Source of the DNA: Nitrospirota bacterium
Lineage (GTDB): Bacteria; Nitrospirota; Nitrospiria; Nitrospirales; Nitrospiraceae
Assembly: GCA_963701855.1 (NCBI GenBank)
Contig: CAVPBK010000013.1
Location: 1 to 64,000 of the forward strand
DNA length: 64,000 bases
Reading direction: 5' to 3'
Shown: piece after piece, positions 38,934-49,790 of the stretch
Numbering within the stretch: the first letter of the stretch is position 1
Layout: each line of letters begins with the position of its first letter
Program-made: the position numbers and the translations under genes
The notes under the pieces: generated by a model
Seen by the model: the letters and a program-made list of their open reading frames with translations, nothing else
Told to the model about the DNA's origin: nothing
Database searches by the model: none

Positions 38934-39833
38934 TTACCGAATTCCTTTCTTTCCCGGAACGACCCGATCCATCAACAAGGCCAGCTTCCGTCGGAGCGAG
39001 GCAGGCATCCGATCCGGCGCCGTGATAATGGCATCCTGCAATGCGCGCTGACAGCTGCAACCCTTGACATCGGTCACCGCAGGCATCGCCGTCCGCAACA
39101 GCCGCTTGGCCAGTACGACATTCTGACGGAGCGTGGTCAGGATCGCCTCGACAGTGACTGCCTCTTCCGTCTCATGCCAACAATCGTAATCGGTCGCCAG
39201 GGCCACTGTGGCGTAGCAAAGTTCCGCCTCGCGTGCGAGCTTGGCCTCAGGGAGATTCGTCATCCCGATCACACTCGCACCCCACTGACGATACAACCGG
39301 GACTCCCCTTTGGTCGAAAACTGTGGGCCTTCGATGCAGAGATAGACACCGCCCTGATGCACGGTGGCGCCGACTGTTCGAGCCGCATCCAACAATGCCA
39401 CCCCGAGCGAGGCACAGACCGGATCGCCGAACGCCACATGGGCGACAATACCGCCCTCAAAGAATGTTGACACCCGCCGTTTGGTGAGATCGATAAACTG
39501 ATCAGGCAATACCACATCGCCGGGTTTGATTGATTCCTTCATGCTGCCAACCGCACTCACAGAAATCACCCGCCGAACACCTAGCGACTTCAGCGCATAG
39601 ATATTCGCGCGATAGTTGATTTCGGAAGGATTGATTCCATGTCCGCGTCCATGCCGTGAGAGAAAGGCGATACGAATCCCCTCTAATTCTCCGAGCATCA
39701 CCTTGTCGGAGGGAGCCCCGAAGGGGGTCTTGATAGAACGTTCCTTGACCCTCCGAAGGCCCTCGATGTCGTAGAGCCCACTACCGCCGATGATCCCGAT
39801 GTCTGCGCTCGCTGCATTCCCCTGCCGCGCCAT
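38934..39833 (-). CDS. mtnP: S-methyl-5'-thioadenosine phosphorylase
   Basis: GIIGGSG, RHGRGH, EGPQFST, GMT, TDYDCW. Confidence 0.93.
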   Translation of the reverse strand: MARQGNAASADIGIIGGSGLYDIEGLRRVKERSIKTPFGAPSDKVMLGELEGIRIAFLSRHGRGHGINPSEINYRANIYALKSLGVRRVISVSAVGSMKESIKPGDVVLPDQFIDLTKRRVSTFFEGGIVAHVAFGDPVCASLGVALLDAARTVGATVHQGGVYLCIEGPQFSTKGESRLYRQWGASVIGMTNLPEAKLAREAELCYATVALATDYDCWHETEEAVTVEAILTTLRQNVVLAKRLLRTAMPAVTDVKGCSCQRALQDAIITAPDRMPASLRRKLALLMDRVVPGKKGIR

Positions 39834-39842
39834 CCTAAGCCC

Positions 39843-40844
39843 TCACAATAGTGTGGTGAGAAATCGATCCACTTGCCCGATCACCCGTGCGGCCGTGTGC
39901 TCGACCGATTCCGACTCCCCGATCGTCAACCACTGAATCCCCGGCTCCTTTCGAAACCAGGTCATTTGCCGTTTGGAAAAATGTCTCGTGTCCCGTTTGA
40001 ACCGCCGAACCATTTCAGCAGCGTCATACTCACCGGCTAAATGCCCGGCTACCTGCCGATACCCCAAGCCCTTCATGGCCGCACTGTTGCGCTGATTCCC
40101 CTGGGCCAGGAGTTGTTGCGTCTCTTCGATCAAACCGTGAGCCAGCTGCCAATCGATCCGCTCCTCGATACGCCGATACAACGCATCGCGGTCTCGGTTC
40201 AAGCCGACAACTAAGGCTGAATAAGGCCGCTCGGCAAATCCATGCTTCTCCTGGAACTCCGACATCCGACGACCGGATAGCTGGTACACCTCCAGCGCTC
40301 GGATCACTTTCGATTCGTCACGCGGGTGCAACCGCGCCGCGGCCACAGGATCGACATCCACAAGCCTTGCATAAAGGCGGTCATATCCTTGGTCCTTCGC
40401 CTCCTGCCGCAGGGCCGCCCGCACAATCGGTTCGGCCTGTGGCGCGTCACACAAGCCCTTGAGGAGTGTCCGCACATAGAGCCCTGTGCCACCCACTACC
40501 AAGGGAAGGCGGCAGTCTCGATAGAGGCGCCCGATCTCATCGACCGCCTGGCGGCGATACAATCCTGCATTAAACTGTTCGTCTGGATCGACAAGATCGA
40601 TCAGTCGATGGGGAATCGCCTGGCGCTCCTGCGTGGATGGTTTATCCGTCCCGACATCCATGCCACGATAGACTTGCCTTGAATCCGCCGTGAGCACCTC
40701 GGTCTCGAAGGCTTTTGCGACTTCGATCGCAACGCGGCTCTTCCCCACAGCAGTCGGTCCAACTATCACGACAACAGGCTTGAACCGGACCTGCGTCTCG
40801 GAGAGACGACATGTCGCTCTCTCTGGAATAGCCATCATGTCCAT
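39843..40844 (-). CDS. miaA: tRNA dimethylallyltransferase
   Basis: GPTAVGKS, DSRQVYRGMDVGTDKP, GGTGLY, KRQMTWF. Confidence 0.95.
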   Translation of the reverse strand: MDMMAIPERATCRLSETQVRFKPVVVIVGPTAVGKSRVAIEVAKAFETEVLTADSRQVYRGMDVGTDKPSTQERQAIPHRLIDLVDPDEQFNAGLYRRQAVDEIGRLYRDCRLPLVVGGTGLYVRTLLKGLCDAPQAEPIVRAALRQEAKDQGYDRLYARLVDVDPVAAARLHPRDESKVIRALEVYQLSGRRMSEFQEKHGFAERPYSALVVGLNRDRDALYRRIEERIDWQLAHGLIEETQQLLAQGNQRNSAAMKGLGYRQVAGHLAGEYDAAEMVRRFKRDTRHFSKRQMTWFRKEPGIQWLTIGESESVEHTAARVIGQVDRFLTTLL

Positions 40845-42667
40845 CCAACCCGCCCGAACAGCTTCGCAAGCTCATCTATCGAAAGGCGAAACGCCGTGCG
40901 GCGCCCATGCGGGCAGGTCATAATCAATCCTTCTTGCACCCAATCGTGAATCAGCTGTTGAATTTCAGGAAGGGCCAAGGAGCGTCCGGCCCGCACCGCT
41001 CCATGGCAGGCCAGCGATGCCAAGACGGGTTGAACTCGCAGCTCCAGAGACGATGCACTGTCCCACTCTGTCACATCGTCAAGCAGATCCTGCACCAAGA
41101 CCGCCGCATCTATCTTGCCAAGCCCAACTGGCACTCCGCGAATCGCCACGGCCGTGGAGCCAAATGGTTCGATCAGAAGACCGAGCTTCTCCAGATCATC
41201 AGAGCATTTGAGCAACAGCATGCTCTGCGCCGCCGATAGCTCGATCGGCTCAGGAATTAAAAGCGGCTGCGAGGGGATATCCCGGCTCTGCCACCCACGC
41301 CAAAGCCGTTGAAAGAGGACACGCTCGTGCGCCGTATGTTGATCAATCACTTGGAGCTCTTCGCCCACCTGCGCCACGAGATAGGTCCGGAGGATTTGCC
41401 CGAACGGCATAATGTCTGGCTTCTCTGCTGGCTGATACGCTGCGGCTGCCTCGTGGGCGAAGGCCAACTGACTTCCCTCAGCAATGCCGGACAGCGACAC
41501 CATGTCATGACCACTGGCCAGGGAATCCTGCCTAAGAGCTGAGATCGAGGCTGCCGGATGAGAATCCTGGAACGATGAAGTCTGCCGCTCAGACGTGGGA
41601 GAGAAGCCCGGCGCCGTCTGCGACAACCCGGACGGCGTGAGACCCGACAGAACCTTCTGCTCGAAAATACCAAGTGCATGACGAACCGACTGGCGCACCA
41701 ACTGATGAAGCGCTTCTGTTTCCGCGAACCGCACTTCCTTTTTTGTGGGATGCACGTTGACATCGAGCCGATCCGGCTCGATGTCAAGAAAGAGCACGAA
41801 CGTCGGGCGAGACCCTTTGGGAAGAAACGATCCATACCCTTCCATGACCGCATGAAATACGGTCGCATTGCGAACGGGACGCCGGTTTACAAACAATTCC
41901 TGCGGTATTTTCGAGGACCGCGCATGGACAGGATCGACCATCACGCCGCGGATTGACAATCCCCCTGTCCTGCCTCGCACCTCAATGGTCCGATCGAGAA
42001 ACCCCTGGCGAAATACTTGGAGGATTCGATCGCGATCCGCTGTCACGGCAGGATAGTTCAGAACCTCCTGGCCGTTATTGGTCAAGCGAAAATGCACGGA
42101 TGGCCAAGCGAGGCCTGCGAGTTGCACAACATGGCTGATATGGGAGAACTCGGTCGTGGTCGATTTGAGAAATTTCTTCCTGGCCGGTTGGTTGAAAAAT
42201 AGATTGGAGACGTCGATCCGGGTTCCAGGAACGTGGGGCGCGTCCACGATTGCACTGGCGGCCCCTGCAACCAAGGTGAACTGCGACCCCACCATATCCT
42301 GCCTGGTTGCGGTCGTCACCAGCACATGGGAAACGGAGGCAATACTCGGTAACGCCTCGCCGCGAAAGCCCATCGTCGTCACCGAGGCGAGATCCCGATC
42401 GGATCGGAGCTTGCTGGTGGCGTGCCGCTCGAAGGCAAGGGGGAGATCGGTACGGTTGATCCCCTCTCCATCATCCGCAACTCGAATGAGGGCTAGTCCA
42501 CCATCTTTCACATCAATCGTAATGTGCAGAGCCCCTGCATCGAGGCTGTTTTCCAGTAATTCTTTGACGACGGCGGCAGGACGCTCGACAACCTCGCCGG
42601 CTGCGATTCGGCTGACTACGTCGTCTGTGAGGATATGGATCTTGGCGGAACGACTGGCGGCGGGCAT
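40835..42667 (-). CDS. mutL: DNA mismatch repair endonuclease MutL
   Basis: IAAGEVVERP, GFRGEAL, DQHTAHER, CPHGR. Confidence 0.97.
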   Translation of the reverse strand: MPAASRSAKIHILTDDVVSRIAAGEVVERPAAVVKELLENSLDAGALHITIDVKDGGLALIRVADDGEGINRTDLPLAFERHATSKLRSDRDLASVTTMGFRGEALPSIASVSHVLVTTATRQDMVGSQFTLVAGAASAIVDAPHVPGTRIDVSNLFFNQPARKKFLKSTTTEFSHISHVVQLAGLAWPSVHFRLTNNGQEVLNYPAVTADRDRILQVFRQGFLDRTIEVRGRTGGLSIRGVMVDPVHARSSKIPQELFVNRRPVRNATVFHAVMEGYGSFLPKGSRPTFVLFLDIEPDRLDVNVHPTKKEVRFAETEALHQLVRQSVRHALGIFEQKVLSGLTPSGLSQTAPGFSPTSERQTSSFQDSHPAASISALRQDSLASGHDMVSLSGIAEGSQLAFAHEAAAAYQPAEKPDIMPFGQILRTYLVAQVGEELQVIDQHTAHERVLFQRLWRGWQSRDIPSQPLLIPEPIELSAAQSMLLLKCSDDLEKLGLLIEPFGSTAVAIRGVPVGLGKIDAAVLVQDLLDDVTEWDSASSLELRVQPVLASLACHGAVRAGRSLALPEIQQLIHDWVQEGLIMTCPHGRRTAFRLSIDELAKLFGRVGWT

Positions 42668-42733
42668 GAAGCTAGACTCCGGGGAACGCCAAAAATACGG
42701 GGGCCATCACGAACCGTTTCAATGGACATCCGA

Positions 42734-43525
42734 TCATCGAATTTCTGCCAACTTATTCTTAGCCAGCTTCGCCTCGTCCGACGTGGGAAACTCTTCGATG
42801 ACCCGTTTGAGATTCGTCTTTGATTTGGCGAGATCTCCGGTTTCTCCCGCCGCCAGTCCTAATTTAAACAGCGCCGCCGGCACCTTCTCGTTTCCCGGAT
42901 ACTCTGTTGAAAGATACTCGAACGATTGCATCGCACGCACGTAATCTTTCTGCTGATAGGAGGACTCTCCCAACCAGTAGTAGGCATTCGGCGTCAGCGA
43001 CGTACCGGGGAAATCTTTTACAAATCGCTGAAAGCCCGCCACGGCAAGATCGTATTTCCCATTGAGATAGTCGTTATACGCCAGATTGAACGCCGACGTC
43101 GGAGTAATTGAGGAAATGCCGGGCATCGTTGTCGGCGCATCTGCCGCGGAGACCGGCTTCTGTGGTTTAGAGAGACGAGCAGGGTCAACTTGAGACGGCT
43201 CCACCTTGGGCATAACCGGAGCACCCGATGTCTCGTCGAGTTTGGCCAACCGACCCTCTATCTTTTGGACCCGTACAGACAGTTCATCGAACTTCGGATC
43301 GAGCTTCTGTCTAGCGGACTCGCTATCCTTCACCCGCTCCAGCGACTCCAACCGTCGTTGCAGCGCATCCAGCCGTTTTTGATCTTGTTCCTGAGACTTC
43401 GACACCGTCGCCAAGTGATCACGCAATCCCACAAAATCTGCGTGATTGGCGCATCCGGAGAGCCACAGCATCGCCCCGGCCATGAGAATGGCCGATCCCC
43501 TTGAACCTGCTTTTTTGCGCATCAC
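42734..43525 (-). CDS. cpoB: Tol-Pal system protein YbgF/CpoB (lipoprotein)
   Basis: LSGC lipobox, coiled coil, TPR with NAYYWLGE and KVPAALFKLG. Confidence 0.85.
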   Translation of the reverse strand: MMRKKAGSRGSAILMAGAMLWLSGCANHADFVGLRDHLATVSKSQEQDQKRLDALQRRLESLERVKDSESARQKLDPKFDELSVRVQKIEGRLAKLDETSGAPVMPKVEPSQVDPARLSKPQKPVSAADAPTTMPGISSITPTSAFNLAYNDYLNGKYDLAVAGFQRFVKDFPGTSLTPNAYYWLGESSYQQKDYVRAMQSFEYLSTEYPGNEKVPAALFKLGLAAGETGDLAKSKTNLKRVIEEFPTSDEAKLAKNKLAEIR

Positions 43526-43527
43526 AG

Positions 43528-44982
43528 TTATCGCGACTCCTTTAACTGGGTTAGTTTATCGGATGCTTTCCCTGCCTCGGGAGTCCGTGGATACAACGTC
43601 ACCACCTGTTTGAAAGCCGAAGACGCGCGCTTCTTATCTTTCATCGCCAAGTACGCGTACCCTTTCTTCAAAATCGCCGCCGGCACTTTCTCGCTCTGAG
43701 GGAAATCCAGTTCGACGCGGTCATAGGAGTCAATCGCCTGTTTATAATCTTTTTTCCCATAGTGCGATTCACCGAGCCAATAGCGCGCATTGGGGGACAG
43801 ATCCGAATTCTCATAGTCACGCAAAAATGCGGCGAACCCCTGCCGGGCTCCATCCAAGTCTCCATCACGAAACAGCGCCAGGAGACGTTCATACTCGACT
43901 TTATCGGGGCGTTCACTACTCTGACTGACCTGCGGTCGCGGCGACTCCTCGGTCTCAGCTGCCAACGTCGCCCCTTCAGCTTGCGCAGAGAGCGAAGCCG
44001 AAGGCATTTCCTGCTCAGCCGTTGGGGTTTCAGACGAAGGCACCGCTCCCAATCGGTGTGCCGGCTTGGTGGGTGACTGTCGCGCCCCTCCCTTGTTTCC
44101 CCGTACATGCGCACCCTGATCAACGGCCTTTGAGAGGGCATCTAGACGACGATCCTGTTCATCGAAGCGAGCAGCAAATTTCTGCGCAACAGATGCGACA
44201 CTCTTATTGACCTCGCCTAAATGACCGGTCACTGCTTTGTTCATCTCATTGATATGAGTTGCCGAGGCTTTGCTTGCCTGCTCTTCTTGGCTCACCCGCT
44301 CGCTCAATCCTGTCAGTGAATCCCTGAATGCCGCTAAGGACTGACTGAATTGTACGAATTTTGCCGACAACTGTTCGTCCCGAACCTGGTTATCCGCCAG
44401 CGTCTTATGCTGTTCCTCCAAACGCACGTCAAGACTCTTGGCGAGTCCGCTGTTTGTCTTCTGCACAACCTCGATGATCTCTTTTCGCACCACCTCCATC
44501 TGTCGGGTCACGTCGTCAAGGCGAGCATTCACATCCATGCGAAACTGATCGCGATCCTGCTTGTTTTTGACATCTTGCGCATTCAGGCTCTCGCGCGCCT
44601 GGTTGTAGCGAGTCGCGCTATCCGCTTCCAGCTTGCCGGCCAACTGTTCGAGCCGCTTGGTTTGCTGCTCAAGTTGCGCAGAGCGCTGCTTGAGATCTTC
44701 CTGTTTGCCTTGGAGCTCCTGAGCCTGATGCAACGCCCGCTCCAGTTCGCCACGTAACTGCGGCAGCTCCTGTTCCCGAAGCACCGAAATCTCCTGACTC
44801 TGTCGCGCGCGGGTTTGTGCAGACTCATCGCTCGACTGCTTGATGCGCTGCTGAAGATTCTTCTCGGTCTGTTTGAGATCGGCTTGTTGGGCAATGCAGC
44901 CGGTCGACAACAAAACACAGGTTGTAAAGATCGCTGTCCAGGCTCCCTTAGTATCCGAATGGTTCCACATTGTTCCACCCAT
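43528..44982 (-). CDS. cpoB: Second YbgF/CpoB paralogue with an extended coiled coil
   Basis: STGC lipobox, long coiled coil, TPR NARYWLGE..KVPAAILKKG. Confidence 0.8.
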   Translation of the reverse strand: MGGTMWNHSDTKGAWTAIFTTCVLLSTGCIAQQADLKQTEKNLQQRIKQSSDESAQTRARQSQEISVLREQELPQLRGELERALHQAQELQGKQEDLKQRSAQLEQQTKRLEQLAGKLEADSATRYNQARESLNAQDVKNKQDRDQFRMDVNARLDDVTRQMEVVRKEIIEVVQKTNSGLAKSLDVRLEEQHKTLADNQVRDEQLSAKFVQFSQSLAAFRDSLTGLSERVSQEEQASKASATHINEMNKAVTGHLGEVNKSVASVAQKFAARFDEQDRRLDALSKAVDQGAHVRGNKGGARQSPTKPAHRLGAVPSSETPTAEQEMPSASLSAQAEGATLAAETEESPRPQVSQSSERPDKVEYERLLALFRDGDLDGARQGFAAFLRDYENSDLSPNARYWLGESHYGKKDYKQAIDSYDRVELDFPQSEKVPAAILKKGYAYLAMKDKKRASSAFKQVVTLYPRTPEAGKASDKLTQLKESR

Positions 44983-45055
44983 TTATATAAAGGAATCCCC
45001 TACTTCTCTCTCTCAGACAATGGAATCACAACCGCTACGATAAAGAACGCGTCGC

Positions 45056-45727
45056 CTACTTCCCGGTCTTCACCGCAAGATGTCCTCGCCGATTCTGCTG
45101 ATAGCACGACTCTGCATGTTCATTGCAGGATGGTCGCTCTTTTCCATACGATACCACGGACAGACGATTGGCACTGACACCAAGTTCGACCAGATAGTTC
45201 CGGGCAGCCTTCGCCCGTTTTTCACCGAGGACAAGATTGTAGGCAGTGGTCCCGCGCTCGTCACAGTGCCCTTCGACCTTGACCAGCGTGCTCTGGTTGG
45301 ACTTCATCCACTCGGCATCGCGAGCCAACGATTGACGTCCATCCTCGGAAATCACCCAGCTGTCATAGGCGAAGAACACATCTCGCAAGCCCGCTGCGGC
45401 TGAAGCGGCCTGCTCAGCCCTGATCTCATCCATTTGTCGTCCGGCACTGCTGGAGGGATCCACTTTTGCCAGCATCGTACCACCGCCCACTCGCTCTTCC
45501 GAAGGGTTCTTGTCGAGACCCCGGAGCCCACCGCCACCCGACTGAACGCCGGTGTCTGGAAAGCTGCCGACACCGGACCTAGGACTATCTGTCCCTCCCT
45601 TTGCCATCCCTTGAGCAGACTGGGAGTCGCTACCGGACTGTACGGATTTTTTAGAGCAGCCAGGCATACCAATCAATGCCATGCTCATCACCAGGGCCGC
45701 CCCATATAAATAGACCGTCTTGTTCAT
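45056..45727 (-). CDS. pal: Peptidoglycan-associated lipoprotein
   Basis: Lipobox; EGHCDERGT..YNLVLGEKRA, SYGKERP, NRR. Confidence 0.95.
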   Translation of the reverse strand: MNKTVYLYGAALVMSMALIGMPGCSKKSVQSGSDSQSAQGMAKGGTDSPRSGVGSFPDTGVQSGGGGLRGLDKNPSEERVGGGTMLAKVDPSSSAGRQMDEIRAEQAASAAAGLRDVFFAYDSWVISEDGRQSLARDAEWMKSNQSTLVKVEGHCDERGTTAYNLVLGEKRAKAARNYLVELGVSANRLSVVSYGKERPSCNEHAESCYQQNRRGHLAVKTGK

Positions 45728-45806
45728 ACCTCTATCTCCTTTATCCCAGGTTAGTTATCTCTAGAACTTATCCCTTGATTCATCCAGCACGGTCAATCTC
45801 TTAGAC

Positions 45807-47147
45807 TCATGATGCCGGAGACCAGGAGGGCGCACTATTGTGCGTGCCCTGGAAGGTAAGCCGTTCTATGTCCTTACCATCGGCATCAATCATATAGATC
45901 TGGCTCTTTCCATCGGACGTTGAACTGAACACCAAATGCCGGCCATCCGGCGACCAGGAGGGTGAATCATCGACACCAGGTCCTGTCGTCAATTGCATTC
46001 GCTTTTGTCCATCCGGCGAGATGACACAGAGTTTATACTCTCTATGCGTCCGGCACACATAGGCGATCCAGTTCCCGCGCGGCGACCACACCGGCGCCGC
46101 ATTGTAATCGCCTTCAAACGTCAGGCGGCGCACGTTCGACCCATCTGACCCCATCAGGAACAACTGCGGCCCGCCACCTCGATCTGACACAAACACCAAC
46201 TCTCTCCCATTCGGAGACCAGGAGGGAGATAAGTCGCCGGACGGGTTTACAGTCAATCGTTGAATGGCTTTTGTTCTTGTATCCAACCGATAGAGTTCGG
46301 AATTGCCTTCGTGGCTGGAGGCAAACGCCAGGAAGTTCCCATCAGGAGACAATGACGGAGTGATGTTCAGTCCCCCCAGGGAAATCACCGTCCATCGCTT
46401 GCCCGTTGCCAACTCGATCATGTCGATATCCTGCGAATTGCGATTGCGATAGGCGGTGAAGATCAGGAACCGGCGATCGGGAGACCATTGCGGCATGAGG
46501 TTCAGAAATCCATCAGCGGTGAGTTGGCGCGTATCGTGGCCATCGTAATCCATCACGAACAACTCTCGAGCAGCACCCTGTTCAGCCACATACGCGATCT
46601 TCGTCCGCGCGATGCCCGGCTCGCCCGTATAACGAAATACCAACTCGTCGGCAAAGCGGTGCGCCATCAGCCGCACAACTGAGGTCGATCCAACATAGCG
46701 CTTCCCCCCCACGAGTTCATCGCTGCCGCTGTCATAGACGAAGCCCTCCATATTCACGTCGGCTTCTTTGTCTGTCCCTTTCAGCCCTGCTTTTCCCCAG
46801 ACCAACACCGAGACACCCTTCTCAGCCGCCTGCCTAAATATGGCTTTAGAACCGGCCCCCGTCCCGTTGCCGATATCGGGTGTTTGAATTCCAAGACTGG
46901 GCAAATCCACCAGATCGAAAACCAAGGAGCGCTTCACATCCTTTTTGAGAACTTCTTCAATCCGCCCCCCCAACCAATCGGGGCCGCCCGCGTTTTGTAT
47001 TCCCGCCACACCCAGGGCAATCTTTTGGAAGTCGGGACGAGTGGCTTCGAGGAACACATCCGCTGCCCCGGACTCAAGAGTGCCGACAACTCCTGCGAGC
47101 AACAACACTCCCCCAACCCAGGCACTGATTAACTTCAGCTGTGTCAT
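45807..47147 (-). CDS. tolB: Tol-Pal beta-propeller protein TolB
   Basis: AHRFAD..TGEPG, repeated PxWSPDG. Confidence 0.95.
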   Translation of the reverse strand: MTQLKLISAWVGGVLLLAGVVGTLESGAADVFLEATRPDFQKIALGVAGIQNAGGPDWLGGRIEEVLKKDVKRSLVFDLVDLPSLGIQTPDIGNGTGAGSKAIFRQAAEKGVSVLVWGKAGLKGTDKEADVNMEGFVYDSGSDELVGGKRYVGSTSVVRLMAHRFADELVFRYTGEPGIARTKIAYVAEQGAARELFVMDYDGHDTRQLTADGFLNLMPQWSPDRRFLIFTAYRNRNSQDIDMIELATGKRWTVISLGGLNITPSLSPDGNFLAFASSHEGNSELYRLDTRTKAIQRLTVNPSGDLSPSWSPNGRELVFVSDRGGGPQLFLMGSDGSNVRRLTFEGDYNAAPVWSPRGNWIAYVCRTHREYKLCVISPDGQKRMQLTTGPGVDDSPSWSPDGRHLVFSSTSDGKSQIYMIDADGKDIERLTFQGTHNSAPSWSPAS

Positions 47148-48145
47148 CCTACCGACTCTCCAACTCGAAACACCATCTCTACATCTTTGTGACTATCTGC
47201 CATATCGGCAGGAAACAGGGGTAGGACTCGTGGCCGCAGCACGGCGCGCTGGCCCGCTATATCAAAATACGCATTCCCGGACGACTGTTGTACGACCACG
47301 TCTTTAATCGTCCCATCCCGTTGAAGCCGAAACTTGATGATCACCGTATAGGTTTGTCCCGCCATATCGATCGGAGGCGGCTCCCACTGGCTACTAATAA
47401 TAGACTGTACCCGCGCCCAGTAGGGATTCGACCCAGCCGAACCGGAAATCTTCAGAGCCGTCTCGGGAGCCTTGACTGTTGGAACTTTTACCTCCTGCTG
47501 GGGCACCGGTTTGACTGACATTTCACTCGGCTTCACCTCTTTTGGAATATCCAGCTTGGCCGCAGGCTGAAACTGTTTGACCTTTTTCAGTTCTTCTTCT
47601 AGTTCCCTACTCACATCCTCGCTGACCGAAGACCGTTGCAGAACCTTTGCAACCGGGGCTTGCACCACATCCGGCACATGGGGGATATCGAGCACCTTCG
47701 CCGCCTGCTGAGGCTGTCCCGCCGACTTTGTTGCAGGACTCAAGTCTCCGAACTTCGGCGCATCCGGTGGAAGCTCAAGATCCCGCAACATGTCCCTTCT
47801 TTTCTCGCCTACTGGAGGCACGGCAGCCAAGACTGCGCTGGGGATCACCGCCTTGACTAACGGGACAGGAATCGGCTTCGGATCTGAAACTTTCGCAGAC
47901 TCGACAGGCTTCACCGATTCAGCTTGCCTCACAGGCGTCGGCAGACTGACCAGCGACACCTCCACAGACGTCAAAGGCCGTTCACCCTGTTGTGGAAGTC
48001 GAAGCCCTGCCACCACGAGCAGGACAACCACATGCACGACGAGCGACAGCGCCAATGTTCGCTTGAGTCGAGCTGACAGTCTGGATTGATCGTCCCGATC
48101 GAACCCCATACCCGACAAGAGCGATACCTGGGACGCCATCATCAC
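47144..48145 (-). CDS. tolA: TolA/TonB-like energy transducer
   Basis: N-terminal TM with SxxxH, Pro/Lys-rich linker, C-terminal SSGN..FD; position in tol-pal. Confidence 0.8.
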   Translation of the reverse strand: MMMASQVSLLSGMGFDRDDQSRLSARLKRTLALSLVVHVVVLLVVAGLRLPQQGERPLTSVEVSLVSLPTPVRQAESVKPVESAKVSDPKPIPVPLVKAVIPSAVLAAVPPVGEKRRDMLRDLELPPDAPKFGDLSPATKSAGQPQQAAKVLDIPHVPDVVQAPVAKVLQRSSVSEDVSRELEEELKKVKQFQPAAKLDIPKEVKPSEMSVKPVPQQEVKVPTVKAPETALKISGSAGSNPYWARVQSIISSQWEPPPIDMAGQTYTVIIKFRLQRDGTIKDVVVQQSSGNAYFDIAGQRAVLRPRVLPLFPADMADSHKDVEMVFRVGESVG

Positions 48146-48166
48146 CGGCCTCTCGAACAGATTGCG

Positions 48167-48619
48167 TCAACTTTTTCGCAACGGGAGACGCGGAGCTTGC
48201 GATGACCCCACACGCTCGGGACCAACTGGCTCCGTAACCATCCCAATTTTCTCAATCCCGGCTTTCTTGACGCCGTCCATGACTTGCACCACAACGCCGT
48301 ATGGCACGTCACGATCCGCCCTGAGATAGAGGGACACATCGGGATGGTCTCGTTTCAAGATTTTCAATTTCTGTTCCAGCTGGGCCACCCCGACAGGATC
48401 TTTGTCGAGATACAGTCGTTGATCTTTTTCAATCGTGAGCACCGTGCGCATGTCCGGTTTGATGGTATTCGAAGCAGAAGTCGGTAGCTTAATGTCCATC
48501 CCCCGGTACAACATCGGCGCAGTGACCATGAAAATCACCAAGAGGACGAGAACCACATCGACGAGGGGGATAACGTTGATCTCTGCCAGAAATCGGCGGT
48601 GACGGGACTCCAGGGTCAT
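48167..48619 (-). CDS. tolR: TolR/ExbD
   Basis: EINVIPLVDVVLVLLVIFM, RADR.V.YG. Confidence 0.92.
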   Translation of the reverse strand: MTLESRHRRFLAEINVIPLVDVVLVLLVIFMVTAPMLYRGMDIKLPTSASNTIKPDMRTVLTIEKDQRLYLDKDPVGVAQLEQKLKILKRDHPDVSLYLRADRDVPYGVVVQVMDGVKKAGIEKIGMVTEPVGPERVGSSQAPRLPLRKS

Positions 48620-49321
48620 CCTTGAACTCCGACCGGAATTGGTTTCTTCTTCGATGAAGAGATCGAGAGGGATGACAGAATCTCAATGGTAACCGAATCC
48701 AATCGGAATGCCGTCCTGCGAATCCGGCTGAGGAAGTAGTTATAGGCAATGACCGCTGGGATAGCGGTGAACAGACCGGCTGCCGTCGCGACTAACGCTT
48801 CCGCAACGCCGGGAGCGACAGCGGAAATACTGGCGGTTCCTTGGGTGCCGATTTCACGAAACGCATCGATGATTCCCATCACGGTCCCGAGCAATCCGAC
48901 AAACGGTGTAATGTTTCCCGTCGTAGCAAGGAACGGGAGATAGGTCTCGAGGCGGGAGAGCTGGCTCTGTGCCAGATGAGAGGCGGCCCGCTCTATCACA
49001 TGGTGATCAACTGGTCCTGTGCTGGCGCCGTTCCTCCCCTCACCCCGTTCAGCTCCTACACGTTCCATCACCCCTTCAAATACGACCGCGCTAGGACTCC
49101 CTTCGATTCGTCGAACTTGCCGATATAGCTCGTCGAGATCTCAGAGTTTTTACTAAGAGTGCTAAGAACTGCTTATCCTCGCGGTCTGCCACACTAAACG
49201 CACGCCATTTCGAGAAAATAACAGCCCACGAGAAAACTGAGAAGACGAGCAGGAGCAAGAGGACAACTTTTGAAACCGCGCCGAGCGAACCGACCAGTCC
49301 GATTAAACCCGTTTGAAACAT
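48616..49321 (-). CDS. tolQ: TolQ (MotA/TolQ/ExbB), apparent frameshift near 49140
   Basis: ORFs 49091..49354 and 48616..49071 join; PFVGLLGTVMGI, EALVATAAGL. Confidence 0.88.
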
Positions 49322-49395
49322 GCGGCGATAACCTCTCCAGGCTCTAAAAAGCACTCACTGCTCTACCTGCGGAGTCTAACAGACACAGGAGAAAA

Positions 49396-49472
49396 TGGCG
49401 GGGCCGACGGGATTTGAACCCGCGACCTCCAGATTGACAATCTGGCGTCCTAACCAGCTGAACGACGGCCCC
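49396..49472 (-). tRNA. tRNA-Asp(GTC)
   Basis: 77-nt cloverleaf, anticodon loop TTGTCAA, G73, CCA. Confidence 0.97.
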
Positions 49473-49591
49473 TTAAAACTCTACGTATAGCGGAAGATGT
49501 GAGTGACAAGACTATATCTAGCGGTTTGTCCCGTCTGAAGTTCTTATTTTCGTATTCTATTCTGTCCTGTCCCCTTAACCCAGCATTTCCC

Positions 49592-49667
49592 TGGTAGGCG
49601 GAACAGGGATCGAACCTGCGACATCCACCGTGTAAAGGTGGCGCTCTGCCAACTGAGCTATCCGCCC
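49592..49667 (-). tRNA. tRNA-Val(TAC)
   Basis: 76-nt cloverleaf, anticodon loop TTTACAC, CCA. Confidence 0.97.
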
Positions 49668-49690
49668 GATTTCGTTAGCAACCTTGGCGG

Positions 49691-49719
49691 ATGCTACCAA
49701 CTCCACTTCCCCTTGTCAA
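49691..49719 (-). promoter_or_regulatory. Sigma-70 promoter of the tRNA-Val/Asp operon
   Basis: TTGACA-17-TAGCAT on the minus strand. Confidence 0.75.
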
Positions 49720-49790
49720 TCGAATCTCGCACTCTTCTTGCATTTTTCGGTCGCTGCGCACTCCGCTCATTATGAGTTGCCTCTCCTCGA

